From: Antechinus flavipes
Taxonomy: Eukaryota
DNA length: 64,000 nt
Assembly (NCBI RefSeq): GCF_016432865.1
Contig: NC_067403.1
Location: forward strand, 245,458,001-245,522,000
Reading direction: 5' to 3'
Made by a program: the position numbers and the translations under genes. This document shows, in pieces, positions 48,781 through 62,580 of this stretch. The notes under the pieces are model-generated. The model was not told where the DNA came from and searched no databases. It saw only the letters and a list, made by a program, of their open reading frames with translations. How positions within the stretch are numbered: position 1 is the first letter of the stretch; every line of letters starts with the position of its first letter.

Positions 48781-50124
48781 AATAAAGATTATATTTTCCA
48801 AAATGTAGCTTGGTAGAGATATTGATAGAAAATGTCCAGAATAATAACACAGATGAGAGGACACTCTTAGAATAAGTTGGAAAAAGGATGACAGACTTGA
48901 TAAGTAGTTCTTGCCATCTTTTCTAATTTACATTTAATTTTAGATTCTTCAATATGTTGATTATTCCTTTTCAGAGATAGTATAGAGATAAAAAGATTAT
49001 TTTTGAACATATTTGTTTACTGGCTTTGCTTTATTTTTCCCTAAGATTGATTATATTTTACCTTTCTTTGTATATCCAATGCTTAGTATATTCTCTAAAA
49101 TGATAATATATATGTCAGATTCCAAGTTAAGACCACTGGCCTAGATTTTTATTAAATTCAACCATTTACAAATTTATATATAAACTATAATCATAATTGA
49201 GGTTAAGTCAAACTCTTTTACTCACAATTTGTATTTTTAAAAAGGAAAGGTTCTTCACAATCCTCTTGCAACTAGCAATTAATGAGATCTGTTCATCAGA
49301 ATACAACATTTAATGACTGTTTGATAACTGGAATGATAAGTAGCCCCAAAGAAAGACTGGTAGTGAAAAAAACGAAGAATTCATTGAAAAGATCCTAGAT
49401 TAAAAGGAGATATTCCTGCCCCAAAACTGGTTCCCGAAGAGGAGAGATTATAACTCTGTTAGGTAATTGAAAGTTATGTAGTGAGTGGGTCAATAAGACA
49501 TTTGAATTAAAATGCCTGTTTAAGTGATAGCTGCTTCTACCTTGATACTTGCTACTAAACAAACATCTGATGACTGTGTAGTACAAGTTCAAGTTAACCT
49601 CCAACCTAGTGGCCAGATCTAATGAGAATATTATAAGATTTCTGAGATATAGCTCAGTCCAGGAAATCTATCAATGGACACAATTGAATAGACCATTATG
49701 TGATTACTATGCTGAAACTAAACCCCGCCCCCAACCATGATCATGCTTTCTGTCTTTATAACCTCTGCTGCCTAACTCAATTCTTACTGTTGCTTCCATG
49801 TATGTTTGCCTGCTTAAGGGGAACAAACACAGGCCTAAAACCTAACTGTTTCTTATAGACATACAACTGAATATGAAAATATTAAATAGATTATGGTAAA
49901 GTTCAGATAGCAAGCAGAAGGGAGCAATCAAGGAAGGAAGGGGAAGAGAGAGCAACAAATAAGAAATATTTAGCATGAGACCAATTAGAATGGGATGTAG
50001 GAAAAGTTAAGATTGAGTCATTGCATCAGATTTTTCTATGTGTTAAAAATAATTCCTGGCAATAGTCCACAAGGAAAAAGTGTTGTACATATAACAACAC
50101 CAATTCCCAAACTCTTTTAAAGAT

Positions 50125-50373
50125 ATTCCTTTGGGGAGCAAGATGATGTGAAAAGAGGCCTTACAGTTGAGTCCCTGGTATTCCTTTGTTTCTCTTGGGA
50201 AGATGTCATACATTTGAGATTTTTTTTTTCTGAATTACATAAGGTGGGAGACATGTAATTTATTATTAAAAGAGGGCTTCAGATGCTTCAGGAAATGAGC
50301 AAATACCCTAGTAAGATCCATGGGGTTAGGCCATATGAGTTCTGAGCGGAGATTTTCTCCTCAGCAGGTATAT
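50125..50373 (+). promoter_or_regulatory. Candidate OR promoter and exon 1 donor for gene 5
   Basis: O/E variant TCTCTTGGGA 50191-50200; donor GT at 50368. Confidence 0.55.
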
Positions 50374-53300
50374 GTACTATCCCACAGCACTTGTTTCTGA
50401 TTTGTTATTATTATTATTATTATTAGTAGTAGTAGTAGCATTTATTATTTAGCATTTTCATTATTACTAGAGCTGAAAAATGTAATCAAAATCAAAATAA
50501 TTTTCAATGTGCTAATCAGGCTACTATTATGTTGCATAGACAGCCATTTAAAGTTTAGAATGTTAGTTCTGTGTACATTTTGTTTGGATAAATCCTAGAA
50601 TTGAGCACAGTTGAAATTCTTCTTCATAAAATAAGTTATGATCTTAAAATAGAAAAAAAAATAGCTGTGGAGCCTTTACTATTTTTATCTGGAGCATTTT
50701 TTTCCAGTGCTGTACCAGATTTCTTTCAATGATTCTGCAACTCTTATTCATACTCTGAGAGTGTTGTCTGGGATACTAGGATGTTAATCAGTTCAGAATG
50801 AATCACATGGCTAATCCATGACAGAGACCACAACATAAACATTTTTTTAGGTCTTGAGTAGCAGTTCCCACAGCAGATTCATGCATGGAAAAAGCAGATC
50901 TTACTTTGTTCTATGAGAATGATTTCCATATTAATTGTCTCAAATCTTAAGGGTCATTGAGGCTTGTGATAATTCAGTGGGTACAGAACCAGAGTTACCA
51001 TGGCAGTAACAGGAGTAAAGTTGGTTACAAGAAACAGGAATTGTGAGCATGACAAAAAAAAAAAAAATGATGAATCATTTTAGGCTGATTCATCCCTCAG
51101 CAAAATCTGGTCAAAGGACTACATCTTGACAGAAGGGGAACTCATCCAGAGCCCAAATGATTGTTGTTATGCCAAGCTGAGGTTCCAGCCTGCTTGTTCG
51201 TCCTTTCATCAGAAACAGAGTGTCTCCAAACAATTTGTGACAATCTTAAACAGGAAGATGAAAACGAATATTGTTAAATGCAAAACAGTTGGCATTACAG
51301 TAGGACTTCTTAAACTTCTACTTGTGAATACTTTTTACCTGAGAAATGATTTAATGATACCAAGTAAATAAATATGTGAAATAAGTATCCAAATCAAACA
51401 ATTCTTTATAATAAATAATAATTTGACAAGCCTCAAGTTGAGTTATGAGTTGTCATATTGGGCCACAGTTTAAGAAGCTGGGCGCTAGAGGATTGAGTAT
51501 TTGGAAACAAATAACAAACAACTCATTTAACAATTCCTAGGTGAAAACAGTCATAAAGTTTTTGCTAGTTCAATATAAATTGTCTGAGTTGGAGAAATAG
51601 TTGAATTAAAGTCTTCCTTGTATTCAAGAGAATATGCTATTAATGGATGGTTTTGTAGATATTATATGAAGATTAAAGGTGTTTGAAGGTAGAATTTTAT
51701 GAGCTTATTCCGAATGTTCTGATGATTAAAGATTTGAATTATCTGGGATGCATGGATAAAAACAGTTCATTCCACAGAAGATGACAGATAATGTTATAAA
51801 CAAATTTGTGATAATTCTCCCAATACCTACTTAACTCTTTCCTGTTACAATAATTTATTGTATTCCATAATATAATTATTTCTTATCTCAAACTACAGTA
51901 AAGTGGTCTGTTAAGACAAGAAAAAATAGGCCATCTAAAATGATATACCTTCTATTTAGAGATTTGGGTTCAAGGCAGAGGATGAACATTTCCACTTTTC
52001 TGAGAATAAGCACAATGAATATGTGGTAAGAGTAGAAATCTTCACAAGGAAATAGAATTTTACAAGTAGGAAGGTCATTGTAGTGAAGCTGGGGAATAAT
52101 ATCAGTAGTACTAAATAAGGTTAATTATCTACTATATCTCTGGAAAGGAGAGATTAAAGATGAATTTCAGCTTTGATATGACTTGATCAGGACCTTTTCT
52201 TGGGTCGCAATATCTTCTTGGATTTCTGCTGATCTATCTCTTTGTACTTTTGATTAGATTTTTTGATTAGCCTTTGATTAAAGTTGAACTCACTGGGACT
52301 TGGCAGAATAAATCTAATCCCTCAACACAGGACACTGGTAGGACTGTTGAGCCTTTGATTTTTTTTTTTTTTTCCAGTGAGTATATTGTGTCAGAGAGAA
52401 ACTTGAAAAAATATATTTTTTTTCCAAATGTTTTTTGAATGTCAGTCTCTTTGGATTCATCAATGCAAGGTGGATACTTAAAGAAACAAATACACACCCT
52501 ATGATGTATTTTATTTGATCATATTCACCATCATTTTAGTTTCAATATTGCCTAAACTTTGAACAAATGTTAAGTCACAATCATGCCTTTATAATATCTT
52601 CGGGAATCCAGGTTTAAACTGTGGACTCAAAATACTGCAGCTTACCACAAATGAGATACTTTAGCTTCTTTTTTCTATCAGTCAATAATTTACAGAAGCT
52701 CAGAAAATACTTTCTTCTTAGAATCAATTGCATGGAATCCAAGTTGTAAATTCATCTCATCTTGGACTCTACTTGAAAAACTCTCAGATTCCACAAATAA
52801 GTCATTTTAGTTTAGAAATTTAATTTTTAGCATAATTTATCTTAATTTTACCAAGATTTCCATTTCTTCTACTTCTCTCTCTCTCTCTATTTTTTCTTAG
52901 AACTAGCGTTCCTTCTTATACTTTGCATGGAGCTGGAATCAGTATTGTGCAAGGATATGAATTGGCTTTCAAAAGAAGGAAATATATAAATAGAATTTTA
53001 AATTTAATTTGCATTATTGTTATTTTCTATATCTACAACCATTTCTACTCATATGAAAAAAAAATGTTTTACATCATTATTGACTATAGAAATGTAAATT
53101 GAGATACCTCTGAGATACCACTATACACCTCTTATATTAGCTAATATGGCAGTAAAAGATAATGATAAATGTTGGAGGGGAAGTAAAGAAATTGGGACAC
53201 AAATACCTTACCGATGGAGCTGTGAAGTGATCCAACCATTTTGAAGAACAATTTGAATCTATGCTCAAATGACTATCAAACTATACATTCCCTTTGATCT

Positions 53301-55044
53301 AGCAGTCTCTTTATTGGGTATGTATCCCAAATACATAAAAAAAAAAAAAGTGAAAAAGACCCAATTGTACAAAAAATGTTTGTAGCATCCCTTTTTGTAG
53401 TGGCAAGGAAATGGAAACTGAGTAGTTGCCTATCGGTTGGGGAATGAAAGCTGAAGACTTTATGATATGTGACCATTCTATAAGTAATTATCAACAGGCT
53501 GATTTCAGAAAGGCCTGGCAAGATTTACACGAACTGATGGTTAGTGAAGTGAATAGAACCAAGAGAACACTGTGTACATAGAAAAAACATTATGTCATTA
53601 TCAACTATGATACTCTTAGATCTTTTCAATCTTAAGATGATTTGTTTCAATATGCCATATGCATCCAGAAAGAGGATTATGGGGATTTAATGTAGCTCAC
53701 AGTCTAGTATTTTTATCATTTTTGTTGTTGTTTGCTTGCTTTTTTCCCCCCTCTCCTGCTCTCTTGCTCTCTCTTCTTTTACTGTTTTGAGCTGATTTTT
53801 TTTTCTTGTGTAGCATGTTAAAGGAACAAATATGTTTAGAAGAATTGCTCAGGTTAACCTATATTTATATGTAGGTTTAACCTATATTTATATATTGAAC
53901 CTACACTTTAGGGAAGGAGAATTAAAAGAAAGGAAGGAGAAAAATTGGAATAAAATGTTTTGCAATTGCAAATGTTGAAAAAATATTTTTACATGCATTT
54001 TAAAAATAGTTCTTAAATTTTTTAATTGTACCCCAGAATTAAACAAACTTGAAGTTTGATCAGGACAGAGGAGAATGGCTCTTCTTATAATTAAATCTTA
54101 AAATTCTGTTCAATTAATCCAGTCTAATATTTTATTTATTTTAGAAGTATTCATACAATTACAATGGAATTGATATCAAGTATGAATTTATTAAAATCCC
54201 CAAATGACTTTCCCCATGGCAATTGTCTTAACAAATTTCAAGACTAATATTTAACATTTTGATTGATTTTCTCAGAAGAGAGATATTTGTTCAGGAAAAA
54301 AAAATGGTTAAGAGACTTCTGTGGGTCAAGATCTTTTCTAATTGCTGGGTATTTAAAAAATAAAATTAAAAAACAAGAACCACACTCAGCTAATGAGGAA
54401 ACATGAAAACCATTGTGTACAAGCAAAATATAGACAATGAATTATAGATAAATAGGGGAGATGGGGTGCTGAAATCAACAGGAATTGGGAATGGCTTCCT
54501 AAAAACATAACTAGAATTTAAGTAAAGTGACTCATAACTATTTTATCATTTTCTATAAACCTAGCATATTTCTAATATATTTGAGAAATACAAAGATAAA
54601 TGAAATGGTCATTGTATGCAATTATTCATTTTCTTAACTTAATGATCAGATATTTAGATGTGGAAGACTCCTGACATTACTCTCATTTGTCTAGCTAGCT
54701 ATGGGTAGAAAATTTGTATTCAATTTATACTTTGAATTTAATATTTATTGTTAATATTTCCCTCCATTTTAAAATCTAGACATTCAACAACATAATAAAT
54801 TTTTTTTAAAAAAATTCCTTGATTTTTCTTTTTTGCTAATTCCAAGGTATGAACTTTCCTCCCTAAAAATTTTGCCAATCAGTTCTTTTGAACCCATTTC
54901 AAAACCTCAGGAATCAGATAAAATAACTCTCCAACTTTAAGACAGCCTTTTCCAAACAATTAAAAATAACAATATTTAATCCTAAAATATAGCAGTTTAC
55001 TTAAGTTGCCTGTTCTAGGAAATCATTTTTTGCATTTTAAACTG

Positions 55045-55176
55045 TTTTCTCATTTAATTTCATAGCGGATAAAACTGATCAAACATGTTTCAGGAAATCT
55101 CTCCCATGTGAGTACATTCATTCTCATTGGAGCCTCCAAGCATCCAGAGCTTCAACTTCCTCTCTTCTTCATCTTC
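55045..55176 (+). pseudogene. OR 5' stub upstream of gene 5
   Basis: Same stub; ATA at 55069, ATG at 55085, GTGAGT at 55108. Confidence 0.9.
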
Positions 55177-55476
55177 AATTTTGTAAGTCTGTATAATTTA
55201 CAAAATCATAAATCTTATACTTGCTAATTTCCAAAATGTACATTCTCACACTCAAAATTTAACAGTCAACTCTTTAAACACATCTCAATAATCTAGAAAT
55301 CAGAAAAAAAAAATCTGTCTAAATCTAATACAGGTTTTTCAAAAGAGTTAAAAAAAAAAAAAGCTTAATCCTAGGATATAGTGGTTTACTACAGTGGTTG
55401 CAACTGCTGGCAAATCAGCTTTGGCCTTCTAAACTCTTTTCCTATTTATTCCCATAGCAGATGAAATCAATCAAAA

Positions 55477-56424
55477 ATGTTTCAAGGAAATCTCTCCCAA
55501 GTGACCACATTCATTCTCATTGGAGTCTCAGAAAATCCAGAGCTTCAACTTCCCCTCTTCTTCATCTTCTTTGCAATCTATGGAGTGACCGTGACTGGAA
55601 ATGTGGGAATCATCACACTCACTAGTATAGATTCTCAACTTCAAACTCCCATGTACTTTTTCCTCAGACACTTGGCAATCATCAATCTTGGCAATTCTAC
55701 TGTCATCGCTCCCCAGATGCTGGTTAATTTCTTGCTGGAGAAGAAAACCATTTCCTACTATGGATGTGTAATCCAACATGCAGGCTTCTTAGTTTTCATA
55801 GTTGCTGAGGTTTTCATGTTGGCTGCTATGGCCTATGACCGCTATGTGGCTATTTGTAATCCCCTGTTATATATGGTTGTGGTATCACGGAAGGTTTGCA
55901 TCCTACTTGTCATCCTCATATATATTTATGGCTTCTCAACATCAGTGACAGTTACCTCTTGTGTTTTCTCAATGTCCTACTGTTCTTCCAATGTCATTAA
56001 TCATTTTTACTGTGACAATATCCCTTTGTTAGCTTTATCTTGCTCTGCTACTCATATACCAGAGACTATAGTCTATATTTCTGCAGGTACTAATCTCTTC
56101 CTTTCCTTGACAATTGTCCTGATGTCCTACTTCCAGATCATCTTGGCCATCCTGAGGATACGTTCAGCAGAAGGAAGAAAGAAAGCCTTTTCCACTTGTG
56201 CTTCCCACATGACAGCTGTCACTATTTTCTATGGGACACTCCTTTTTATGTATGTGCAGCCCCAGTCAAACCATTCTTTAGATACTGATAAAATGGCATC
56301 AGTGTTTTATACACTAGTAATCCCTATGTTGAATCCTTTGATATACAGTCTGAGGAACAAGGATGTAAAGGAGGCTCTGAAAAGAGTTCTTACAAACTCT
56401 TGCCAAACTTTTAAAAACTTGTAA
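55477..56424 (+). CDS. OR8J3: Olfactory receptor OR8J3-like (gene 5, type B), 315 aa
   Basis: Intact ORF with all OR motifs; 10 aa differences from gene 4. Confidence 0.95.
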   Translation: MFQGNLSQVTTFILIGVSENPELQLPLFFIFFAIYGVTVTGNVGIITLTSIDSQLQTPMYFFLRHLAIINLGNSTVIAPQMLVNFLLEKKTISYYGCVIQHAGFLVFIVAEVFMLAAMAYDRYVAICNPLLYMVVVSRKVCILLVILIYIYGFSTSVTVTSCVFSMSYCSSNVINHFYCDNIPLLALSCSATHIPETIVYISAGTNLFLSLTIVLMSYFQIILAILRIRSAEGRKKAFSTCASHMTAVTIFYGTLLFMYVQPQSNHSLDTDKMASVFYTLVIPMLNPLIYSLRNKDVKEALKRVLTNSCQTFKNL

Positions 56425-56684
56425 TTTGACAAACATTTGTGTAAATGAAGACATTCACAATCTGAAGTATCATCTCTCAAATTATGATTGTTATCCATCT
56501 AACTATAATTCAGCATATAGCCCTTTGTTTATGATAATTTCCTTGGCCTTTATCTATAATAATCAGATCACTGGTTTAAAGCATTTTATTTTATTTTATA
56601 TTCTTGTTAAACATTTACAGCATCCGCAACAAAGTCTTTATTTTTTTTTCCCATCTCACCACCATTGAGGCATATAACTCTGCT

Positions 56685-57176
56685 ACTACTATGGGTTTGA
56701 TCACTATATAGCAGTTTTTTTCAACGTGGCTACAATTTTAATTTTCATGATTTTTGTTATAATTGAACATTATTAAAACATTAAAAAATTCATTGAATAT
56801 AATATTGATGTTCACAAAAATCACTCTTTCCCATATTCACTTTGAGATCATTTTTGAGATTTGAGATCATTCCACTTAATTTTATTGATGTTTTAATATA
56901 TTAACACCACCAATTGATTTTTTGCCCAGGGAAGGTAATAGCTCTCCAGAAGCACTAATGTAATGCACCTTTTGCTCCTTCTTTTGTGATGTGAATATCA
57001 GAAAAGGAAATGTACAGGAATGGAGGGATATTACAGAAGGCATATCCAATTAAATTGGATATATAAAAAGATAAACTAAATGTAGCCACAATATGCAAAA
57101 TATTATGGAAAACACCTCCTCTGTATAAAAGAATGATACATCTCATAGATTCATGGAATCATGATGAGCTGCGCAG
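56685..57176 (-). pseudogene. OR5T: 3' half of OR5T-like pseudogene, unit 5 copy
   Basis: ORF 56955..57146 reads [39 protein letters not shown], matching recalled OR5T [39 protein letters not shown]. Confidence 0.8.
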
Positions 57177-59180
57177 AATTAGGAATAAGAGATGTACATA
57201 CCTGGAAAAAGGGAAAGGGAGAAGTGGAATCGTGCTATAAGAGGCTGGAATAAGCTTTTACAGTGGAAGGGAAGAGGGAGAGAAGAGGAGGAGTGAGTAA
57301 ACTTTACTTTCATTGCAATTGGCTCAAATAGGAAATAACATAGATATGCAATAGAAATATTTCTTATCATGCAGGGGAATAGGAAAAGAATGGGATATTT
57401 GAGGGGGGAAGGTGATAAAGAGATCATATGGGGGAGAGATTTTTCAGAACAGAACACTTTTGAGGAGGGAAATAGTGAAAGAGAGAATAAATGTGGAGAA
57501 TACAATTTGTAATAGTAATTGTTAAAAAAAAAATAGAAGCAAGTTTCTATGATAATGCCTCATTTCTCATAGACGAAACTGAGTCAAACTTATATTAAAA
57601 AATAAGAGCCATGCCCCAATTGATAAATGATCAAAAGATATGATCTGTACCCAAAGGATTGTAGATTTATGCATATATTCTGGCCTAATAATACCACCAA
57701 GAATGAACCAAAAGAAATTTGGGGGTGTGGAATGAGGGGGAAAGAAAATGACCTATATGAACAAAAAAATATTTATGGTAGTTCTCTTCTCAGGACAAAA
57801 AAAAAAAAATTACAAATTGAGACGATGCCCATCAATTGGGGAATGGCTCAATAAAACGTGGTATGTGTTTATGATGAAATATTGTTCTCTGAGACATGGT
57901 GAGCAGAATGCTCTCAGGAAAAAAAATTAGCAAAGCTCTCCATGAACAAAGTTAAATATACTGTATACAAAATAAAAGCAATGTTCTGGGTTGACCAACT
58001 GTAAATGATTTTGCAGTTTTCAAGAGTACACATTCACAATTTCTCTGAAGGATTTATGATGAAAAATCTTATCCATACCCAGAGAAGGAACTGGCTAGAT
58101 TTGAATATTTATTGAAGCATTCTCTCTACCTCTGTTTCTGTCTCTCTGTCTCTCTGTTTCTCTCTCTCTTTTTAACTTAATTATTCTTGAAAGTATTCGT
58201 TTTTTATTAGAGTGGGAGATATATGTTTTCTTTCACAAGTTGACTTTTTATGGAAATGTTTTGCATAATTTGACATGTGGCTTTTTAATTGTGGATGGGG
58301 ATAAGGGAGAGAATTCAAAAATCTTAAAAACAATTGTAGGAAAAAAAAAGAATGTAACAGGGAAAAATAACAAATAAATTACATATATATAACATAATAA
58401 ATATAAATAAATTATATATAAATATTAAATAAACTAGACATATAAAATAAATAAATAAATCCTTGAAATTAAATAAATAATGAATTGGTTGATTGATTGA
58501 AAAATAAATTTATCAGATCCTTCTGACTAATCCTACAACTCTACTACTACTGACTAATCCTACTACTCCTACTGCTCCTCAATTCAAAGGGTCATAAACT
58601 GTGCATACATTTTGATATAGGAGTGTCACTACTGGGTCTATATCCAAAAAAGATCATAAAATTAGGAAAAACCAACAGGTGCAAAATTGTTTGTAACAGC
58701 CTTTTAGTAGTGGCAAAGAACTGGGAACCGAGTAGATATCTATCAGTTGGGGAATGGATGAATAAATTATGGTATATAAATGTAATAAAATATTATTGTT
58801 TCATAAGAAATAATGAGCAGGATGATTTCAGAAAAAGCCTGGAAAGATTTACATGAACCTGATACTGAGTAAAGTGAGCAAAAACAAGAGACCATCATAC
58901 ATAGCAACAAGATTATGTGAAGATCAACTGTGATGGTCCTAGCTCTTTTCAGCAGTGAGGTGAAGAATCAAGACAATTCTAATAGACTTGTGATGGAAAG
59001 TCCCAACTGCATCCACCAAGAGAATTGCAGAGATCGAATGTGGATCAAAGCATAGCATTTTCACCTGTTGTTTTTTTTTTTTTTTTTTTTTTGATTTTTC
59101 TTGTACAGCATGACCAATATGAAAATATATTTCAAAGAAGTAAACATTTATAACCTATATTGAATTGCTAAATCTCTTGG

Positions 59181-59534
59181 TGAGAGGACTGAAACTAATT
59201 GAGTTGATGCACTGAAGTCAGGACTGCCCAGCACTTGAGGCTAACTACCGATTGGACAATACTCTATGGGCATATACTTGGAAAATGGTCCTTTCCACTA
59301 TCTGTGCTGGCTCAATCACTGGTGTATACAGAGGACTGTAAAAGGGACTAGAGGGTAGAGTAAGACTAGCAAGAATTAGTCTTTGACGGTAGACAAGGGA
59401 GAAGGCGGTTGTGGAGATTCTGCTTTCATCCTGTTCAACCCTGCGTCTAAGACCAAGAATAAAGATTAAGGACTTTTGCTTATCCTGACTCCAGCTGATT
59501 CTGAAGTATCTGGGGTGCTAGCAAGGTTGTCACA
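59181..59534 (+). mobile_element. Solo LTR, about 354 bp, present only in unit 5
   Basis: TG...CA, AATAAA 59458-59463, flanked by gtgag and gtaag; the empty site is visible at about 36005 and 47088. Confidence 0.75.
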
Positions 59535-61469
59535 GTAAGGGAAAGGGAAAGAAAAATTTGGAGCACAAGGTGATTTCAAGAGAGAATATTGAAAAGTGTC
59601 TTTGCATGCATCTGGAAAAAAATAAAATGCTATTAAGAAAAAAGAAAAGAAAGCCACTGCTCCTGAGTGAATGTTAGAACTCTCTAGGGCCCTAAGGATT
59701 CATCTAGTATGAACCGAGAAACAAATGACATCGAAATGAGACATCCAAATTTTGGACCAGGTCTGAGTAGGCTTACCAAGTTGTTGTTACTGTTGTATTT
59801 TTTTTTTCCCTTCCTCTCTCTCCCACCCCCTCTCATTTTGTTATGTACCCTACCACCATAGAGTGGTGTTGAAATTTTCTCCCTCTACATTTTTGTCAAT
59901 TCCCATGCTGGCCTCCTCCCCCCAACTTCTGCGTCCCTTTCATGCCAGAGCCAATTGCCATATCTCATGATTCCCCTCAGGGTGGTAGTATTTTGTGTTA
60001 CTTGTCTGATTTCTTCTATTATGTCCTGAATATTATTTTTTTTTGTTTGTTTCTTATAATTACCTTTCTGGGGGACCCAGTACGGCATGACTGTAGCTCA
60101 AAGGCATCATGTTCCATATGTGGAACTGAGGCAATTCATGATTTTAACTAAATACCATGTTTTCCTCTAATTTTCCCACTATGCAGAAGCCAGATTGAAC
60201 TGGGAATCAGAATCAGGAGACAAATTGGGCATTCCCTAAATTGGGTACATCAGAAATGCTTTGCATATTTGCATGCTGAAGCTGGAACTCCCCAAACCAG
60301 TACCAGGCAAGACCAGCAGTGACAGAAACAAAGGAATCCTTGAAAAGATCTTAGAGGAAAAAGAGGCACTCCTAGACTATGTCTAGCTCCTCAATTGAAA
60401 AAAAAAACATGCATAAGTGCAGATAATTTCGAGATATGGACTGAATGTGAAAGCAAGAAGCCTGAATGTTGTCTCCACCTAAGTTGTAGAGCATTTTTAT
60501 TTGCATATCTTCCTCCACCCAGCTACCAGACCAGCATCTGATTGCCATTTAAGTATAAACATTTTATCTAATCTTAAATATATTTGTTATATCAATACTC
60601 ATAGTCAAAGATTCTTAATGTTTTCATGTGTCATAAAATCTTTTGGCAATTTAGTGAAGTTAATGCATTTTTTATAAACTAAAAATGTTTAACATATAAA
60701 TGTAAAGTGACATAGGAAATAGTATTCACAGATTAGAAATAGAAATAGTTTATAGATTCTAAGTTAAGACCACTGGCCTAGATTTTGATTAAATTCAACC
60801 ATTCACAAATTTATATATAATCTATAGTCATAATTGAGGTTAAGTCGTTCTTTTAAAAAGGAAAGGTTCTTCACAATCCTCTTGCAATTAGCCATTAGTG
60901 AGATCTGTTCATCAGAATACAACATTTAATGGCTGTTTTCTCAAAATATGAATGAATGCATACATTTCTCCATTATATTATAAGTTTATTAGAATTTATA
61001 TAATAGGATAATAGGTATTTGTAGCATGTAATAAGGCTTATCTCCGTTATACTTATAAGGTTCTCACCTAGAATAGAATTCAGCAAATGGTAAACACTTA
61101 ATAAATAGCTATAAGTAATTGATTGATAAATAAGTTATATAGCTTGAGTCAGGTAATCATGAACAATGAGATATAGCCTTGAAAGTAGGAAAATACAAAA
61201 CAGATTTTTAACTCAAAAATATTAATGTGTTTAATAATGGTAAAGTTCAAGGAGAAAACTAGGAGGGGGTAATTCAGGAAGGAAAGGGAAATGAAAACAA
61301 TATTGGGAATGAATGAGAAACAATGAAGATAAGAATAAGATGTAGAGAAACTAATAATGACCTATTTGGGTTAAATTTTGGAGAGTTAAAAATAATTCCT
61401 GGCAAAGTTTCAAACAGAAAAACAAGATATTTTTATGACAATAACTATAATTCCCAACCTCTTTTTATA

Positions 61470-61721
61470 TATTCACTTGGGGAATACAATGATATGTAAA
61501 GAGGCCTTAGTAATGAGTCTCTAGTATTCCTTCGTTCCCCAGGGAAGGAGCCATATATCAGAGGGTATTTTTTATCTGAGTCATAAGAGACTGGATATAT
61601 GTAGTTTATTACTAATCATAGAACTCTATATGGTTCAGGAATAATAATAAAAAAAATAACAAAATTCATGGGGTTAGGCTATAGGAACTTTGGACACAGT
61701 TTTTCTCTTCAACAGGTAGGT
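61470..61721 (+). promoter_or_regulatory. Candidate OR promoter and exon 1 donor for a sixth gene beyond the window
   Basis: TAATGA 61511-61516, O/E TCCCCAGGGA 61536-61545, donor caacag|GTaggt at 61716; homologous to the other four blocks but more diverged. Confidence 0.6.
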
Positions 61722-62324
61722 TCACTATTCTACTGTACTTGCTTTAATATTTTTGTTTTCTACTAGAGCAGAACAGTTTGATCCAAATCAAAGTAACCTT
61801 CAATATACTAATTAAACTACAGTTATGCTGCATAGGGAGCCACCATTTAATCTTGGATCTGGAATGTTATCCCTGTCTCCATGGTGCTTGGATGAGCCAA
61901 AGAAAGAAGATATTGAACTTCTTTTTCTAGAAAATGTTACAAGTTTAAAATATATTTTTGTAAAAAGCTATTCGATTTCTATTATTTTCATCTTGAGCTG
62001 TTTTTGTTTTTCCTCCCCATATTGTATGTGCAGAATTCCGGCAATACTTTTACAACTCTTATTCATACTTTTAGAGCATTGTCTAACATACTGAAAGGTA
62101 AAACAAATTCAAAATGGATAATGTGGCTTATCTGGGCCAGACAAGGAGAGATTAGAGAGGAATTCTCAGCTTTGTTTTAGCTCCATAATCAGTCACAGAA
62201 GAACTTCTTGACTCTGAATCCATTCTTATTATTTTGTCTCTCATATGCCATCAGGTAGGAAGGGAAATAAGCAATTAGGAATTCTTGACTACCTGGACTA
62301 ATCATAGATTTTAATGTATGCTAG

Positions 62325-62580
62325 GGACAACTTCATCAGATAGTGAATGGAGTACCTAACCAGGAGTTAGGAAAACTTAGCTCCTTGAATTCAAATCTCA
62401 CCTAATAGCTACTAGTTATTTGACCCTGGACAAGTAATTTAAACCTATTTGCCTCCATTTTCTCATCTCTACATTGAATTAGAGAAGGAAGCAGTAAATC
62501 ATTCCAATATTTTTGTCAAAAAAAAAATGGGTCACTAAGAGTCAGACACAACTAAAAATTGGCACAGAAATAGTAATAAC
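62325..62580 (+). mobile_element. Mar1-like CORE-SINE (tRNA head, CORE, RTE tail)
   Basis: ttgaccctggacaagtaatttaaacc...ttttctcatct...gagaaggaagcagtaaatcattccaatatttttgtcaa...gggtcactaagagtcagacacaact. Confidence 0.7.

Larger units (their letters stand above)
26000..61000 (+). repeat. Tandem segmental duplication array (units about 11-12 kb), with more diverged units at 1-26 kb and 61-64 kb
   Basis: Start-to-start spacing 17931, 12022, 10876, 12128 bp. The same blocks recur in order (promoter, hAT relic, L1 3' end, L2, stub, OR, OR5T relic, HAL1-like L1). Confidence 0.95.

Noticed and set aside
33420-55477. Idea that gene 4 is a single unequal-crossover hybrid (gene 5 5' half, gene 3 3' half)
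   Set aside because: TM5 fits, but the sequence just after the stop groups gene 4 with gene 5 (aaacattt, aatgaaga, tatcatctc, cagatcac). A patchwork of conversion fits better.
37100-61000. Possibility that units 3-5 are an assembly artefact or collapsed haplotypes
   Set aside because: The units differ by many substitutions, unit-specific deletions, a tandem duplication and an LTR insertion, far more than allelic variation.
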